Assembly: GCA_964016885.1 (NCBI GenBank)
Contig: OZ024745.1
Location: 91,574,001-91,638,000, forward strand
From: Eledone cirrhosa
Lineage: Eukaryota
Reading direction: 5' to 3'
DNA: 64,000 bases
This document shows positions 40,401 through 55,500 of the stretch, one piece after another; position 1 is the stretch's first letter, and each line of letters starts with the position of its first letter. The notes under the pieces were generated by a model, which searched no databases, had not been told where the DNA came from, and worked only from the letters and a program-made list of their open reading frames with translations. The position numbers were made by a program, and so were the translations under genes.

Positions 40401-43400
40401 TAAGTTATATTACTCTGTCTGAGTATCAAACAGCTCCACTAGATACAGTAAGTTATATTACTCTGTCTGAGTATCAAACAGCTCCACTAGATACAGTAAG
40501 TTATATTACTCTGTCTGAGTATCAAACAGCTCCACTAGATACAGTAAATTATATTACTCTGTCTGAGTATCAAACACCTCCACTAGATACAGTAAGTTAT
40601 ATTACTCTGTCTGAGTATCAAACAGCTCCACTAGATACAGTAAGTTATATTACTCTCCCTGAGTATCAAACAGCTCCACTAGATGCAGTAAGTTATATTA
40701 CTCTGTCTGATTATCAAACAGCTCCACTACATACAGTAAGTTATATTACTCTGCCTGAGTATCAAACAGCTCCACTACATAGAGTAAGTTATATTACTCT
40801 GCCTGAGTATCAAACAGCTCCACTAGATACAGTAAGTTATATTACTCTGTCTGAGTATCAAACACCTCCACTAGATACAGTAAGTTATATTACTCTGTCT
40901 GAGTATCAAACAGCTCCACTAGATACAGTAAGTTATATTACTCTGTCTGAGTATCAAACAGCTCCACTAGATACAGTAAGTTATATTACTCTGTCTGAGT
41001 ATCAAACAGCTCCACTAGATACAGTAAGTTATATTACTCTGTCTGAGTATCAAACACCTCCACTAGATACAGTAAGTTATATTACTCTGTCTGAGTATCA
41101 AACAGCTCCACTAGATACAGTAAGTTATATTACTCTGTCTGAGTATCAAACAGCTCCACTAGATACAGTAAGTTATATTACTCTGTCTGAGTATCAAACA
41201 GCTCCACTAGATACAGTAAGTTATATTACTCTGTCTGAGTATCAAACAGCTCCACTAGATACAGTAAGTTATATTACTCTGCCTGAGTATCAAACAGCTC
41301 CACTAGATACAGTAAGTTATATTACTCTGCCTGAGTATCAAACAGCTCCACTAGATACAGTAAGTTATATTACTCTGTCTGAGTATCAAACACCTCCACT
41401 AGATACAGTAAGTTATATTACTCTGCCTGAGTATCAAACAGCTCCATTAGATACAGTAAGTTATATTACTCTGCCTGAGTATCAAACAGCTCCACTAGAT
41501 ACAGTAAGTTATATTACTCTGTCTGAGTATCAAACAGCTCCACTAGATACAGTAAGTTATATTACTCTGTCTGAGTATCAAACAGCTCCACTAGATACAG
41601 TAAGTTATATTACTCTGCCTGAGTATCAAACAGCTCCACTAGATACAGTAAGTTAATTTACTCTGTCTGAGTATCAAATAGCTCCACTAGATACAGTAAG
41701 TTATATTACTCTGTCTGAGTATCAAACAGCTCCACTAGATACAGTAAGTTATATTACTCTGCCTGAGTATCAAACAGCTCCACTAGATACAGTAAGTTAT
41801 ATTACTCTGTCTGAGTATCAAACATCTCCCCTAGATACAGTAAGTTATATTACTCTGCCTGAGTATCAAACAGCTCCACTAGATACAGTAAGTTATATTA
41901 CTCTGTCTGAGTATCAAACAGCTCCACTACATACAGTAAGTTATATTACTCTGTCTGAGTATCAAACACCTCCACTAGATACAGTAAGTTATATTACCCT
42001 GTCTGAGTATCAAACAGCTCCACTAGATACAGTAAGTTATATTACTCTGTCTGAGTATCAAACAGCTCCACTAGATACAGTAAGTTATATTACTCTGTCT
42101 GAGTATCAAACAGCTCCACTAGATACAGTAAGTTATATTACTCTGTCTGAGTATCAAACAGCTCCACTAGATACAGTAAGTTATATTACTCTGTCTGAGT
42201 ATCAAACAGCTCCACTAGATACAGTAAATTATATTACTCTGTCTGAGTATCAAACACCTCCACTAGATACAGTAAGTTATATTACTCTGTCTGAGTATCA
42301 AACAGCTCCACTAGATACAGTAAGTTATATTACTCTCCCTGAGTATCAAACAGCTCCACTAGATACAGTAAGTTATATTACTCTGTCTGAGTATCAAATA
42401 GCTCCACTAGATACAGTAAGTTATATTACTCTGCCTGAGTATCAAACAGCTCCACTACATACAGTAAGTTATATTACTCTGCCTGAGTATCAAACAGCTC
42501 CACTACATACAGTAAGTTATATTACTCCACCTGAGTATCAAACAGCTCCACTAGATACAGTAAGTTATATTACTCTGTCTGAGTATCAAACACCTCCACT
42601 AGATACAGTAAGTTATATTACTCTGTCTGAGTATCAAACAGCTCCACTAGATACAGTAAGTTATATTACTCTGTCTGAGTATCAAACACCTCCACTAGAT
42701 ACAGTAAGTTATATTACTCTGTCTGAGTATCAAACAGCTCCACTAGATACAGTAAGTTATATTACTCTGTCTGAGTATCAAACAGCTCCACTAGATACAG
42801 TAAGTTATATTACTCTGTCTGAGTATCAAACAGCTCCACTAGATACAGTAAGTTATATTACTCTGTCTGAGTATCAAACAGCTCCACTAGATACAGTAAG
42901 TTATATTACTCTGCCTGAGTATCAAACAGCTCCACTAGATACAGTAAGTTATATTGCTCTGTCTGAGTATCAAACAGCTCCACTAGATACAGTAAGTTAT
43001 ATTACTCTGTCTGAGTATCAAACAGCTCCACTAGATACAGTAAGTTATATTACTCTGTCTGAGTATCAAACAGCTCCACTAGATACAGTAAGTTATATTA
43101 CTCTGTCTGAGTATCAAACACCTCCACTAGATACAGTAAGTTATATTACTCTGTCTGAGTATCAAACAGCTCCACTAGATACAGTAAGTTATATTACTCT
43201 GTCTGAGTATCAAACAGCTCCACTAGATACAGTAAGTTATATTACTCTGTCTGAGTATCAAACAGCTCCACTAGATACAGTAAATTATATTACTCTGTCT
43301 GAGTATCAAACACCTCCACTAGATACAGTAAGTTATATTACTCTGTCTGAGTATCAAACAGCTCCACTAGATACAGTAAGTTATATTACTCTCCCTGAGT

Positions 43401-46400
43401 ATCAAACAGCTCCACTAGATGCAGTAAGTTATATTACTCTGTCTGATTATCAAACAGCTCCACTACATACAGTAAGTTATATTACTCTGCCTGAGTATCA
43501 AACAGCTCCACTACATAGAGTAAGTTATATTACTCTGCCTGAGTATCAAACAGCTCCACTAGATACAGTAAGTTATATTACTCTGTCTGAGTATCAAACA
43601 CCTCCACTAGATACAGTAAGTTATATTACTCTGTCTGAGTATCAAACAGCTCCACTAGATACAGTAAGTTATATTACTCTGTCTGAGTATCAAACAGCTC
43701 CACTAGATACAGTAAGTTATATTACTCTGTCTGAGTATCAAACAGCTCCACTAGATACAGTAAGTTATATTACTCTGTCTGAGTATCAAACACCTCCACT
43801 AGATACAGTAAGTTATATTACTCTGTCTGAGTATCAAACAGCTCCACTAGATACAGTAAGTTATATTACTCTGTCTGAGTATCAAACAGCTCCACTAGAT
43901 ACAGTAAGTTATATTACTCTGTCTGAGTATCAAACAGCTCCACTAGATACAGTAAGTTATATTACTCTGTCTGAGTATCAAACAGCTCCACTAGATACAG
44001 TAAGTTATATTACTCTGCCTGAGTATCAAACAGCTCCACTAGATACAGTAAGTTATATTACTCTGCCTGAGTATCAAACAGCTCCACTAGATACAGTAAG
44101 TTATATTACTCTGTCTGAGTATCAAACACCTCCACTAGATACAGTAAGTTATATTACTCTGCCTGAGTATCAAACAGCTCCATTAGATACAGTAAGTTAT
44201 ATTACTCTGCCTGAGTATCAAACAGCTCCACTAGATACAGTAAGTTATATTACTCTGTCTGAGTATCAAACAGCTCCACTAGATACAGTAAGTTATATTA
44301 CTCTGTCTGAGTATCAAACAGCTCCACTAGATACAGTAAGTTATATTACTCTGCCTGAGTATCAAACAGCTCCACTAGATACAGTAAGTTAATTTACTCT
44401 GTCTGAGTATCAAATAGCTCCACTAGATACAGTAAGTTATATTACTCTGTCTGAGTATCAAACAGCTCCACTAGATACAGTAAGTTATATTACTCTGCCT
44501 GAGTATCAAACAGCTCCACTAGATACAGTAAGTTATATTACTCTGCCTGAGTATCAAATAGCTTCACTAGATACAGTAAGTTATATTACACTGCCTGAGT
44601 ATCAAACAGCTCCACTAGGTACAGTAAGTTATATTACTCTGCCTGAGTATCAAATAGCTTCACTAGATACAGTAAGTTATATCACACTGCCTGAGTATCA
44701 AACAGCTCCACTAGGTACAGTAAGTTATATTACTCTGCCTGAGTATCAAACAGTTCCACTAGATGCAGTAAGTTATATTACTCTGCCTGAGTATCAAACA
44801 ACTCCACTAGATACAGTAAGTTATATTACTCTGTCTGAGTATCAAACAGCTCCACTAGATACAGTAAGTTATATTACTCTGCCTGAGTATCAAACAGCTC
44901 CACTAGATACAGTAAGTTATATTACTCTGTCTGAGTATCAAACATCTCCCCTAGATACAGTAAGTTATATTACTCTGCCTGAGTATCAGACAGCTCCACT
45001 AGATACAGTAAGTTATATTACTCTGTCTGAGTATCAAACAGCTGCACTAGATACAGTAAGTTATATTACTCTGAGTATCAAACACCTCCACTAGATACAG
45101 TAAGTTATATTACTCTGTCTGAGTATCAAACAGCTCCACTAGATACAGTAAGTTATATTACTCTGTCTGAGTATCAAACAGCTCCACTAGATACAGTAAG
45201 TTATATTACTCTGAGTATCAAACAGCTCCACTAGATACAGTAAGTTATATTACTCTGTCTGAGTATCAAACACCTCCACTAGATACAGTAAGTTATATTA
45301 CTCTGTCTGAGTATCAAACAGCTCCACTAGATACAGTAAGTTATATTACTCTGTCTGAGTATCAAACAGCTCCACTAGATACAGTAAGTTATATTACTCT
45401 GTCTGAGTATCAAACAGCTCCACTAGATACAGTAAGTTATATTACTCTGCCTGAGTATCAAACAGCTCCACTAGATACAGTAAGTTATATTACTCTGTCT
45501 GAGTATCAAACAGCTCCCCTAGATACAGTAAGTTATATTACTCTGTCTGAGTATCAAACATCTCCCCTAGATACAGTAAGTTATATTACTCTGTCTGAGT
45601 ATCAAACAGCTCCACTAGATACAGTAAGTTATATTACTCTGTCTGAGTATCAAACAGCTCCACTACATACAGTAAGTTATATTACTCTGTCTGAGTATCA
45701 AACACCTCCACTAGATACAGTAAGTTATATTACCCTGTCTGAGTATCAAACAGCTCCACTAGATACAGTAAGTTATATTACTCTGTCTGAGTATCAAACA
45801 GCTCCACTAGATACAGTAAGTTATATTACTCTGTCTGAGTATCAAACAGCTCCACTAGATACAGTAAGTTATATTACTCTGTCTGAGTATCAAACAGCTC
45901 CACTAGATACAGTAAGTTATATTACTCTGTCTGAGTATCAAACAGCTCCACTAGATACAGTAAGTTATATTACTCTGTCTGAGTATCAAACACCTCCACT
46001 AGATACAGTAAGTTATATTACTCTGTCTGAGTATCAAACAGCTCCACTAGATACAGTAAGTTATATTACTCCGCCTGAGTATCAAACAGCTCCACTACAT
46101 ACAGTAAGTTATATTACTCTGCCTGAGTATCAAACAGCTCCACTAGATACAGTAAGTTATATTACTCTGCCTGAGTATCAAACAGCTCCACTACATACAG
46201 TAAGTTATATTACTCCGCCTGAGTATCAAACAGCTCCACTACATACAGTAAGTTATATTACTCTGCCTGAGTATCAAACAGCTCCACTAGATACAGTAAG
46301 TTATATTACTCTGCCTGAGTATCAAACAGCTCCACTAGATACAGTAAGTTATATTACGCTGTCTGAGTATCAAACAGCTCCACTAGATACAGTAAGTTAT

Positions 46401-49400
46401 ATTACTCTGCCTGAGTATCAAACAGCTCCACTAGATACAGTAAGTTATATTACTCTGCCTGAGTATCAAATAGCTCCACTAGATACAGTAAGTTATATTA
46501 CACTGCCTGAGTATGAAACAGCTCCACTAGGTACAGTAAGTTATATTACTCTGCCTGAGTATCAAACAGTTCCACTAGATGCAGTAAGTTATATTACTCT
46601 GCCTGAGTATCAAACAACTCCACTAGATACAGTAAGTTATATTACTCTGCCTGCGTATCAAACAGCTCCACTAGATACAGTAAGTTATATTACTCTGCCT
46701 GAGTATCAAACAGCTCCACTAGATACAGTAAGTTATATTACTCTGTCTGAGTATCAAACAGCTCCACTAGATACAGTAAGTTATATTACTCTGTCTGAGT
46801 ATCAAATAGTTCCACTAGATACAGTAAGTTATATTACTCTGCCTGAGTATCAAACAGCTCCACTAGATACAGTAAGTTATATTACTCTGCCTGAGTATCA
46901 AACAGCTCCACTAGATACAGTAAGTTATATTACTCTGCCTGAGTATCAAATAGCTTCACTAGATACAGTAAGTTATATTACACTGCCTGAGTATCAAACA
47001 GCTCCACTAGGTACAGTAAGTTATATTACTCTGCCTGAGTATCAAATAGCTTCACTAGATACAGTAAGTTATATTACACTGCCTGAGTATCAAACAGCTC
47101 CACTAGGTACAGTAAGTTATATTACTCTGCCTGAGTATCAAACAGTTCCACTAGATGCAGTAAGTTATATTACTCTGCCTGAGTATCAAACAACTCCACT
47201 AGATACAGTAAGTTATATTACTCTGTCTGAGTATCAAACAGCTCCACTAGATACAGTAAGTTATATTACTCTGCCTGAGTATCAAACAGCTCCACTAGAT
47301 ACAGTAAGTTATATTACTCTGTCTGAGTATCAAACATCTCCCCTAGATACAGTAAGTTATATTACTCTGCCTGAGTATCAGACAGCTCCACTAGATACAG
47401 TAAGTTATATTACTCTGTCTGAGTATCAAACAGCTGCACTAGATACAGTAAGTTATATTACTCTGAGTATCAAACACCTCCACTAGATACAGTAAGTTAT
47501 ATTACTCTGTCTGAGTATCAAACAGCTCCACTAGATACAGTAAGTTATATTACTCTGTCTGAGTATCAAACAGCTCCACTAGATACAGTAAGTTATATTA
47601 CCCTGTCTGAGTATCAAACAGCTCCACTAGATACAGTAAGTTATATTACTCTGTCTGAGTATCAAACAGCTCCACTAGATACAGTAAGTTATATTACTCT
47701 GTCTGAGTATCAAACAGCTCCACTAGATACAGTAAGTTATATTACTCTGCCTGAGTATCAAACAGTTCCACTAGATGCAGTAAGTTATATTACTCTGCCT
47801 GAGTATCAAACAACTCCACTAGATACAGTAAGTTATATTACTCTGTCTGAGTATCAAACAGCTCCACTAGATACAGTAAGTTATATTACTCTGCCTGAGT
47901 ATCAAACAGCTCCACTAGATACAGTAAGTTATATTACTCTGTCTGAGTATCAAACATCTCCCCTAGATACAGTAAGTTATATTACTCTGCCTGAGTATCA
48001 GACAGCTCCACTAGATACAGTAAGTTATATTACTCTGTCTGAGTATCAAACAGCTGCACTAGATACAGTAAGTTATATTACTCTGAGTATCAAACACCTC
48101 CACTAGATACAGTAAGTTATATTACTCTGTCTGAGTATCAAACAGCTCCACTAGATACAGTAAGTTATATTACTCTGTCTGAGTATCAAACAGCTCCACT
48201 AGATACAGTAAGTTATATTACTCTGAGTATCAAACAGCTCCACTAGATACAGTAAGTTATATTACTCTGTCTGAGTATCAAACACCTCCACTAGATACAG
48301 TAAGTTATATTACTCTGTCTGAGTATCAAACAGCTCCACTAGATACAGTAAGTTATATTACTCTGTCTGAGTATCAAACAGCTCCACTAGATACAGTAAG
48401 TTATATTACTCTGTCTGAGTATCAAACAGCTCCACTAGATACAGTAAGTTATATTACTCTGCCTGAGTATCAAACAGCTCCACTAGATACAGTAAGTTAT
48501 ATTACTCTGTCTGAGTATCAAACAGCTCCCCTAGATACAGTAAGTTATATTACTCTGTCTGAGTATCAAACATCTCCCCTAGATACAGTAAGTTATATTA
48601 CTCTGTCTGAGTATCAAACAGCTCCACTAGATACAGTAAGTTATATTACTCTGTCTGAGTATCAAACAGCTCCACTACATACAGTAAGTTATATTACTCT
48701 GTCTGAGTATCAAACACCTCCACTAGATACAGTAAGTTATATTACCCTGTCTGAGTATCAAACAGCTCCACTAGATACAGTAAGTTATATTACTCTGTCT
48801 GAGTATCAAACAGCTCCACTAGATACAGTAAGTTATATTACTCTGTCTGAGTATCAAACAGCTCCACTAGATACAGTAAGTTATATTACTCTGTCTGAGT
48901 ATCAAACAGCTCCACTAGATACAGTAAGTTATATTACTCTGTCTGAGTATCAAACAGCTCCACTAGATACAGTAAGTTATATTACTCTGTCTGAGTATCA
49001 AACACCTCCACTAGATACAGTAAGTTATATTACTCTGTCTGAGTATCAAACAGCTCCACTAGATACAGTAAGTTATATTACTCCGCCTGAGTATCAAACA
49101 GCTCCACTACATACAGTAAGTTATATTACTCTGCCTGAGTATCAAACAGCTCCACTAGATACAGTAAGTTATATTACTCTGCCTGAGTATCAAACAGCTC
49201 CACTACATACAGTAAGTTATATTACTCCGCCTGAGTATCAAACAGCTCCACTACATACAGTAAGTTATATTACTCTGCCTGAGTATCAAACAGCTCCACT
49301 AGATACAGTAAGTTATATTACTCTGCCTGAGTATCAAACAGCTCCACTAGATACAGTAAGTTATATTACGCTGTCTGAGTATCAAACAGCTCCACTAGAT

Positions 49401-52283
49401 ACAGTAAGTTATATTACTCTGCCTGAGTATCAAACAGCTCCACTAGATACAGTAAGTTATATTACTCTGCCTGAGTATCAAATAGCTCCACTAGATACAG
49501 TAAGTTATATTACACTGCCTGAGTATGAAACAGCTCCACTAGGTACAGTAAGTTATATTACTCTGCCTGAGTATCAAACAGTTCCACTAGATGCAGTAAG
49601 TTATATTACTCTGCCTGAGTATCAAACAACTCCACTAGATACAGTAAGTTATATTACTCTGCCTGCGTATCAAACAGCTCCACTAGATACAGTAAGTTAT
49701 ATTACTCTGCCTGAGTATCAAACAGCTCCACTAGATACAGTAAGTTATATTACTCTGTCTGAGTATCAAACAGCTCCACTAGATACAGTAAGTTATATTA
49801 CTCTGTCTGAGTATCAAATAGTTCCACTAGATACAGTAAGTTATATTACTCTGCCTGAGTATCAAACAGCTCCACTAGATACAGTAAGTTATATTACTCT
49901 GCCTGAGTATCAAACAGCTCCACTAGATACAGTAAGTTATGTTACTCTGCCTGAGTATCAAACAGCTCCACTAGATACAGTAAGTTATATTACTCTGCCT
50001 GAGTATCAAACAGCTCCACTAGATACAGTAAGTTATGTTACTCTGTCTGAGTATCAAACAGCTCCACTACATACAGTAAGTTATATTACTCTGCCTGAGT
50101 ATCAAACAGCTCCACTAGATACAGTAAGTTATATTACTCTGCCTGAGTATCAAACAGCTCCACTAGATACAGTAAGTTATATTACTCTGCCTGAGTATCA
50201 AACAGCTCCACTAGATACAGTAAGTTATATTACTCTGCCTGAGTATCAAACAGCTCCACTACATACAGTAAGTTATATTAGTCTGCCTGAGTATCAAACA
50301 GCTCCACTACATACAGTAAGTTATATTACTCCGCCTGAGTATCAAACAGCTCCACTAGATATAGTAAGTTATATTACTCTGTCTGAGTATCATACACCTC
50401 CACTAGATACAGTAAGTTATATTACTCTGTCTGAGTATCAAACAGCTCCACTAGATACAGTAAGTTATATTACTCTGTCTGAGTATCAAACACCTCCACT
50501 AGATACAGTAAGTTATATTACTCTGTCTGAGTATCAAACAGCTCCACTAGATACAGTAAGTTATATTACTCTGCCTGAGTATCAAACAGCTCCACTAGAT
50601 ACAGTAAGTTATATTACTCTGTCTGAGTATCAAACACCTCCACTAGATACAGTAAGTTATATTACTCTGTCTGAGTATCAAACAGCTCCACTAGATACAG
50701 TAAGTTATATTACTCTGTCTGAGTATCAAACAGCTCCACTAGATACAGTAAGTTATATTACTCTGTCTGAGTATCAAACAGCTCCACTATATAAAGTAAG
50801 TTATATTACTCTGTCTGAGTATCAAACAGCTCCACTAGATACAGTAAGTTATATTACTCTGTCTGAGTATCAAACAGCTCCACTAGATACAGTTAGTTAT
50901 ATTACTCTGTCTGAGTATCAAACACCTCCACTAGATACAGTAAGTTATATTACTCTGTCTGAGTATCAAACAGCTCCACTAGATACAGTAAGTTATATTA
51001 CTCTGCCTGAGTATCAAACAGCTCCACTAGATGCAGTAAGTTATATTACTCTGTCTGATTATCAAACAGCTCCACTACATACAGTAAGTTATATTACTCT
51101 GCCTGAGTATCAAACAGCTCCACTACATACAGTAAGTTATATTACTCTGCCTGAGTATCAAACAGCTCCACTACATACAGTAAGTTATATTACTCCGCCT
51201 GAGTATCAAACAGCTCCACTACATACAGTAAGTTATATTACTCTGCCTGAGTATCAAACAGCTCCACTAGATACAGTAAGTTATATTACTCTGCCTGAGT
51301 ATCAAACAGCTCCACTAGATACAGTAAGTTATATTACGCTGTCTGAGTATCAAACAGCTCCCCTAGATACAGTAAGTTATATTACTCTGCCTGAGTATCA
51401 AATAGCTCCACTAGATACAGTAAGTTATATTACACTGCCTGAGTATGAAACAGCTCCACTAGGTACAGTAAGTTATATTACTCTGCCTGAGTATCAAACA
51501 GTTCCACTAGATGCAGTAAGTTATATTACTCTGCCTGAGTATCAAACAACTCCACTAGATACAGTAAGTTATATTACTCTGCCTGCGTATCAAACAGCTC
51601 CACTAGATACAGTAAGTTATATTACTCTGCCTGAGTATCAAACAGCTCCACTAGATACAGTAAGTTATATTACTCTGTCTGAGTATCAAACAGCTCCACT
51701 AGATACAGTAAGTTATATTACTCTGTCTGAGTATCAAATAGCTCCACTAGATACAGTAAGTTATATTACTCTGCCTGAGTATCAAACAGCTCCACTACAT
51801 ACAGTAAGTTATATTACTCTGCCTGAGTATCAAACAGCTCCACTAGATACAGTAAGTTATATTACTCTGCCTGAGTATCAAACAGCTCCACTAGATACAG
51901 TAAGTTATATTACTCTGCCTGAGTATCAAACAGCTCCACTAGATACAGTAAGTTATATTACTCTGTCTGAGTATCAAACAGCTCCACTAGATACAGTAAG
52001 TTATATTACTCTGCCTGAGTATCAAACAGCTCCACTACATACAGTAAGTTATATTACTCTGCCTGAGTATCAAACAGCTCCACTACATACAGTAAGTTAT
52101 ATTACTCCGCCTGAGTATCAAACAGCTCCACTAGATACAGTAAGTTATATTACTCTGTCTGAGTATCAAACAGCTCCACTAGATACAGTAAGTTATATTA
52201 CTCTGTCTGAGTATCAAACAGCTCCACTAGATACAGTAAGTTATATTACTCTGTCTGAGTATCAAACAGCTCCACTAGATACA
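37427..52283. repeat. 48-bp satellite array between the two LINE copies (~310 monomers)
   Basis: Same monomer with a distinct variant set (AAATAGCTTC, TTACACTG, GCTGCACT, CAACTCC, GTTAATTT, ATTACGCT). Contains internal 2736-bp and 3012-bp duplications. Confidence 0.99.
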
Positions 52284-52578
52284 TCATCATCATCACCGTT
52301 TTACGTCCGTTCTTCCACGCTAGCATGGGTTAGACGGGTTGTCCTGTTGTGGGCAGTGTCTGGTCGGCTGACCATGCCTTGCTCATACAGGAACTGATCT
52401 GGCTTGATTTCTACAGCTGGATGCCCTTCCTAACACCAACCTCATTTACAGTGAGTGCTGGGTGCTTTTTCGTGGCGCCTACACGTCCACTTTACAGTGT
52501 GGGCTGGGTGCTTTTTTGCCGTGGCACCTCCACGACCACCTTGCGGTGGGGGGGGGGGGGGCATATTGTTTATATGCT

Positions 52579-55500
52579 TCAGCATGTACCCATGGGAGGT
52601 CGGGTACCCTGTATTACTGCGTGACGCCAGAAGTCACGGTCGTGTGTCATTGACTTTGAGAGGTGTAGTTGGGTAAGGTCGGCTTTTATCACCTCATCCC
52701 AAGTCATCTTGGGTCTCCCCACTCCGCGGTTTCCATCAACTTCTAGTGCTCTGCACCTTTTTATGCAGCTGTCATCCTTCATACGCATCACATGTCCATA
52801 CCAGCGTAACCGCCTCTCCTGCACGCAGCATTTGATTCCTCTTATGCTCAGTCTCTCTCTCAATTCATTTATGCTTTGTCGTTCACGTATATTACTGTTA
52901 CACATCCATCGGAGCATGCAGGCTTCGTTTCTCTCTAATCTACGTAAGTCTTCCACCTTCAGCGCCCAGGTCTCACTACCATGCAACATCGCTGTTCGGA
53001 TACACGCATCATACAGTCTGCCTTTCATTCTGAGGGAGAAGCCTTTTGCAGCTAGCAGTGGTAGTAGTTCCCTAAACTTCTTCCATCCCGTTCTTACCCT
53101 AGTTATTGTACTTTCTGAGCACCCACCTCCGTTGCTAATTCGGTCACCTAGGTAGCAGAAGCTGTCTACTGTTTCTACAGGGCCCTCCCAGAGATTGGTG
53201 GTACTTGTTTCCTGTGGCTGTTTGCTTGCTGTTTCAGCACAGCTGCTGCATGTGAATCCTACATTCTTAATTAAGCTTCCTGAGATCCCGCTACATCTCT
53301 TGTGTACCCATTGTTTGCATTTGGGGCAAAGAATGGAGTTCCTACCTACACCTTTCCTACATACTGAGCAAGGCCATTTCCCTGAGGGGATCTGGGTTCT
53401 GTTTTCTCGTCTACTTATAAGGACCTTAGTCTTTGTCATGTTGACTTTGAGGCCCTTTCTCTCTAGTCCCTGCTTCCAGGTTTGGAATTTATTCTCTAGT
53501 TCTACCATAGATTCAGCTATGAGTGCGAGGTCATCAGCATACAGGAGTTCCCATGGGCATCCGGTCTTAAACTCCTCCGTTATTGCCTGCAGGACTATGA
53601 TGAACAGGAGAGGGCTAAGAACAGAGCCCTGGTGGACCCCAACCTGTACGCTAAATTCCTCGCTATACTCATTGCCAATCCTAACTTTGCTGACTGCTCC
53701 CCTATAAATGGCTTGTACCGCTTTCACAAGCCATTCATCTACTCCTAGTTTTCTAAGAGCCCACCAGATTACTGCACGTGGAACTCTGTCAAAGGCTTTC
53801 TCAAGGTCGACAAATGCCAAGTAGAGTGGCTTACTTTTAGCTAGGTACTTTTCCTGTAATTGCCTCACAAGGAAGAGCGCATCAGTGGTGCCTTTCCCTG
53901 GTACAAACCCAAATTGCATCTCGTCTATATTCACCCGGTCCCTAATCAGCTGTGCTATAACTCTTTCTGTTACTTTCATGACCTGGTCCATCAACTTTAT
54001 ACCTCTATAGTTTCCTCTATCTAGTGCATCGCCTTTACCTTTGTAGCAGTTGACAATGATGCTACTGCACCAATCTTTTGGTATGGCCCCCTCTAGTATT
54101 ACCTGGTTAACGATACGTGTGGTTATAGTGTGACCTACAGACCCAGATGCCTTCAGCATCTCGGCAGCTATACCCGATGGACCGGTTGCCTTCCCTATCT
54201 TCATATCTCTGATTGCCTTACTTACTACGCTGCCGCTGACTTGTACTGCTGGTCCCTCTATAGGGTCTACTTGGGGTAGGGTCTCTTCTTCCCATGCATT
54301 CTCCTCATTTAGTAATCTATCATAATGACTCTTCCATGCATCTTTCTTCTCAGCACTTGTGAGGGCAAGCTCACCTTTATCATTCCGGATACACTTCTCT
54401 CCAATGACATCACAACTATCTCTGACACACTGCCTCGCAATCTTGAATACCTCCTGTTTCTGGTCCTCACGTTGTAAAACATGCTTGAATTTTCTATCCT
54501 CTGCTTCCCTCCTAGCTAAGTATACTTGTCGCCTAGCTTCCCTCTTGGTCTCTATGTAATGTACCCTGCTCCCCCCGTTCTTCCATTCTTTCCATGCCTG
54601 TCTCTTGGCCTTGACTGCTTCATCTACCTTATTGTTCCACCACCAAGTCACTCTCCTCCTGCTTGAGGTCTTACTCCAGCCACAAACCTCATCCGTCGCC
54701 TCTAGTAAGTTATTTTTTAGGAACTCCCAGTTCTCTTCTACGTTAAATGTCTCTATCTGTTCTTCTTTACTGTCGTAGGCGTTGAGTAAAATATCTTTAA
54801 ATCTGTTACTGGTTGAGGGGACTTTCAGCTTCCAGATCTTTCTTCTCCAGGTTGGCCTCTGTTTCAGGGCTCGTCTAGTTCTGACCGTGAGGTCGCTGAC
54901 AACTAAGCTATGTTGGGATGTACATTCCTCACTAGGGAAGGCTTTTGTGTTTACGACCGTCCATCTGTCACGTCCTCTGATGAGGATAAAATCTAACTGA
55001 CTAGAGTGCTCCCCTGATCTATAGGTGATCAGGTGGTTGTCGGGTTTTTTAAAGTTTGTGTTACATATCGACATGTCATTGGCGTCGCAGAATTCTAGAA
55101 GTCTGAATCCTTCCTCATTCCTTGTGCCAACTCCATGGCCTCCATGTACTCTATTGAAGCCGTCGCAGTGTTTACCTACGTGTCCGTTAAAATCTCCTGC
55201 AATGATTAGGAAGTCCTTGTCGTCTGTTAGAGCAGTAGTGTGTATTAGGGACTCGTAAAACCTATCCTTAAGTTCGTCTGGCAGCCCCGATTGGGGTGCG
55301 TAAGCTGATATTATTGTGGTAATTGTCTTATTCAGGACTAGTCTGAGTTTAATGATTCTTGCATTTACCCTGTACACTGAGATTACTTTATCTACCCACT
55401 TGTCAGCTAATAGTATACCTACACCACCCATCCCATCGTCATTTCCCACCCAGAAAAATTTGTAGCACTGGCTTTTTCCTACAAGGACTCTAGCAGACCC

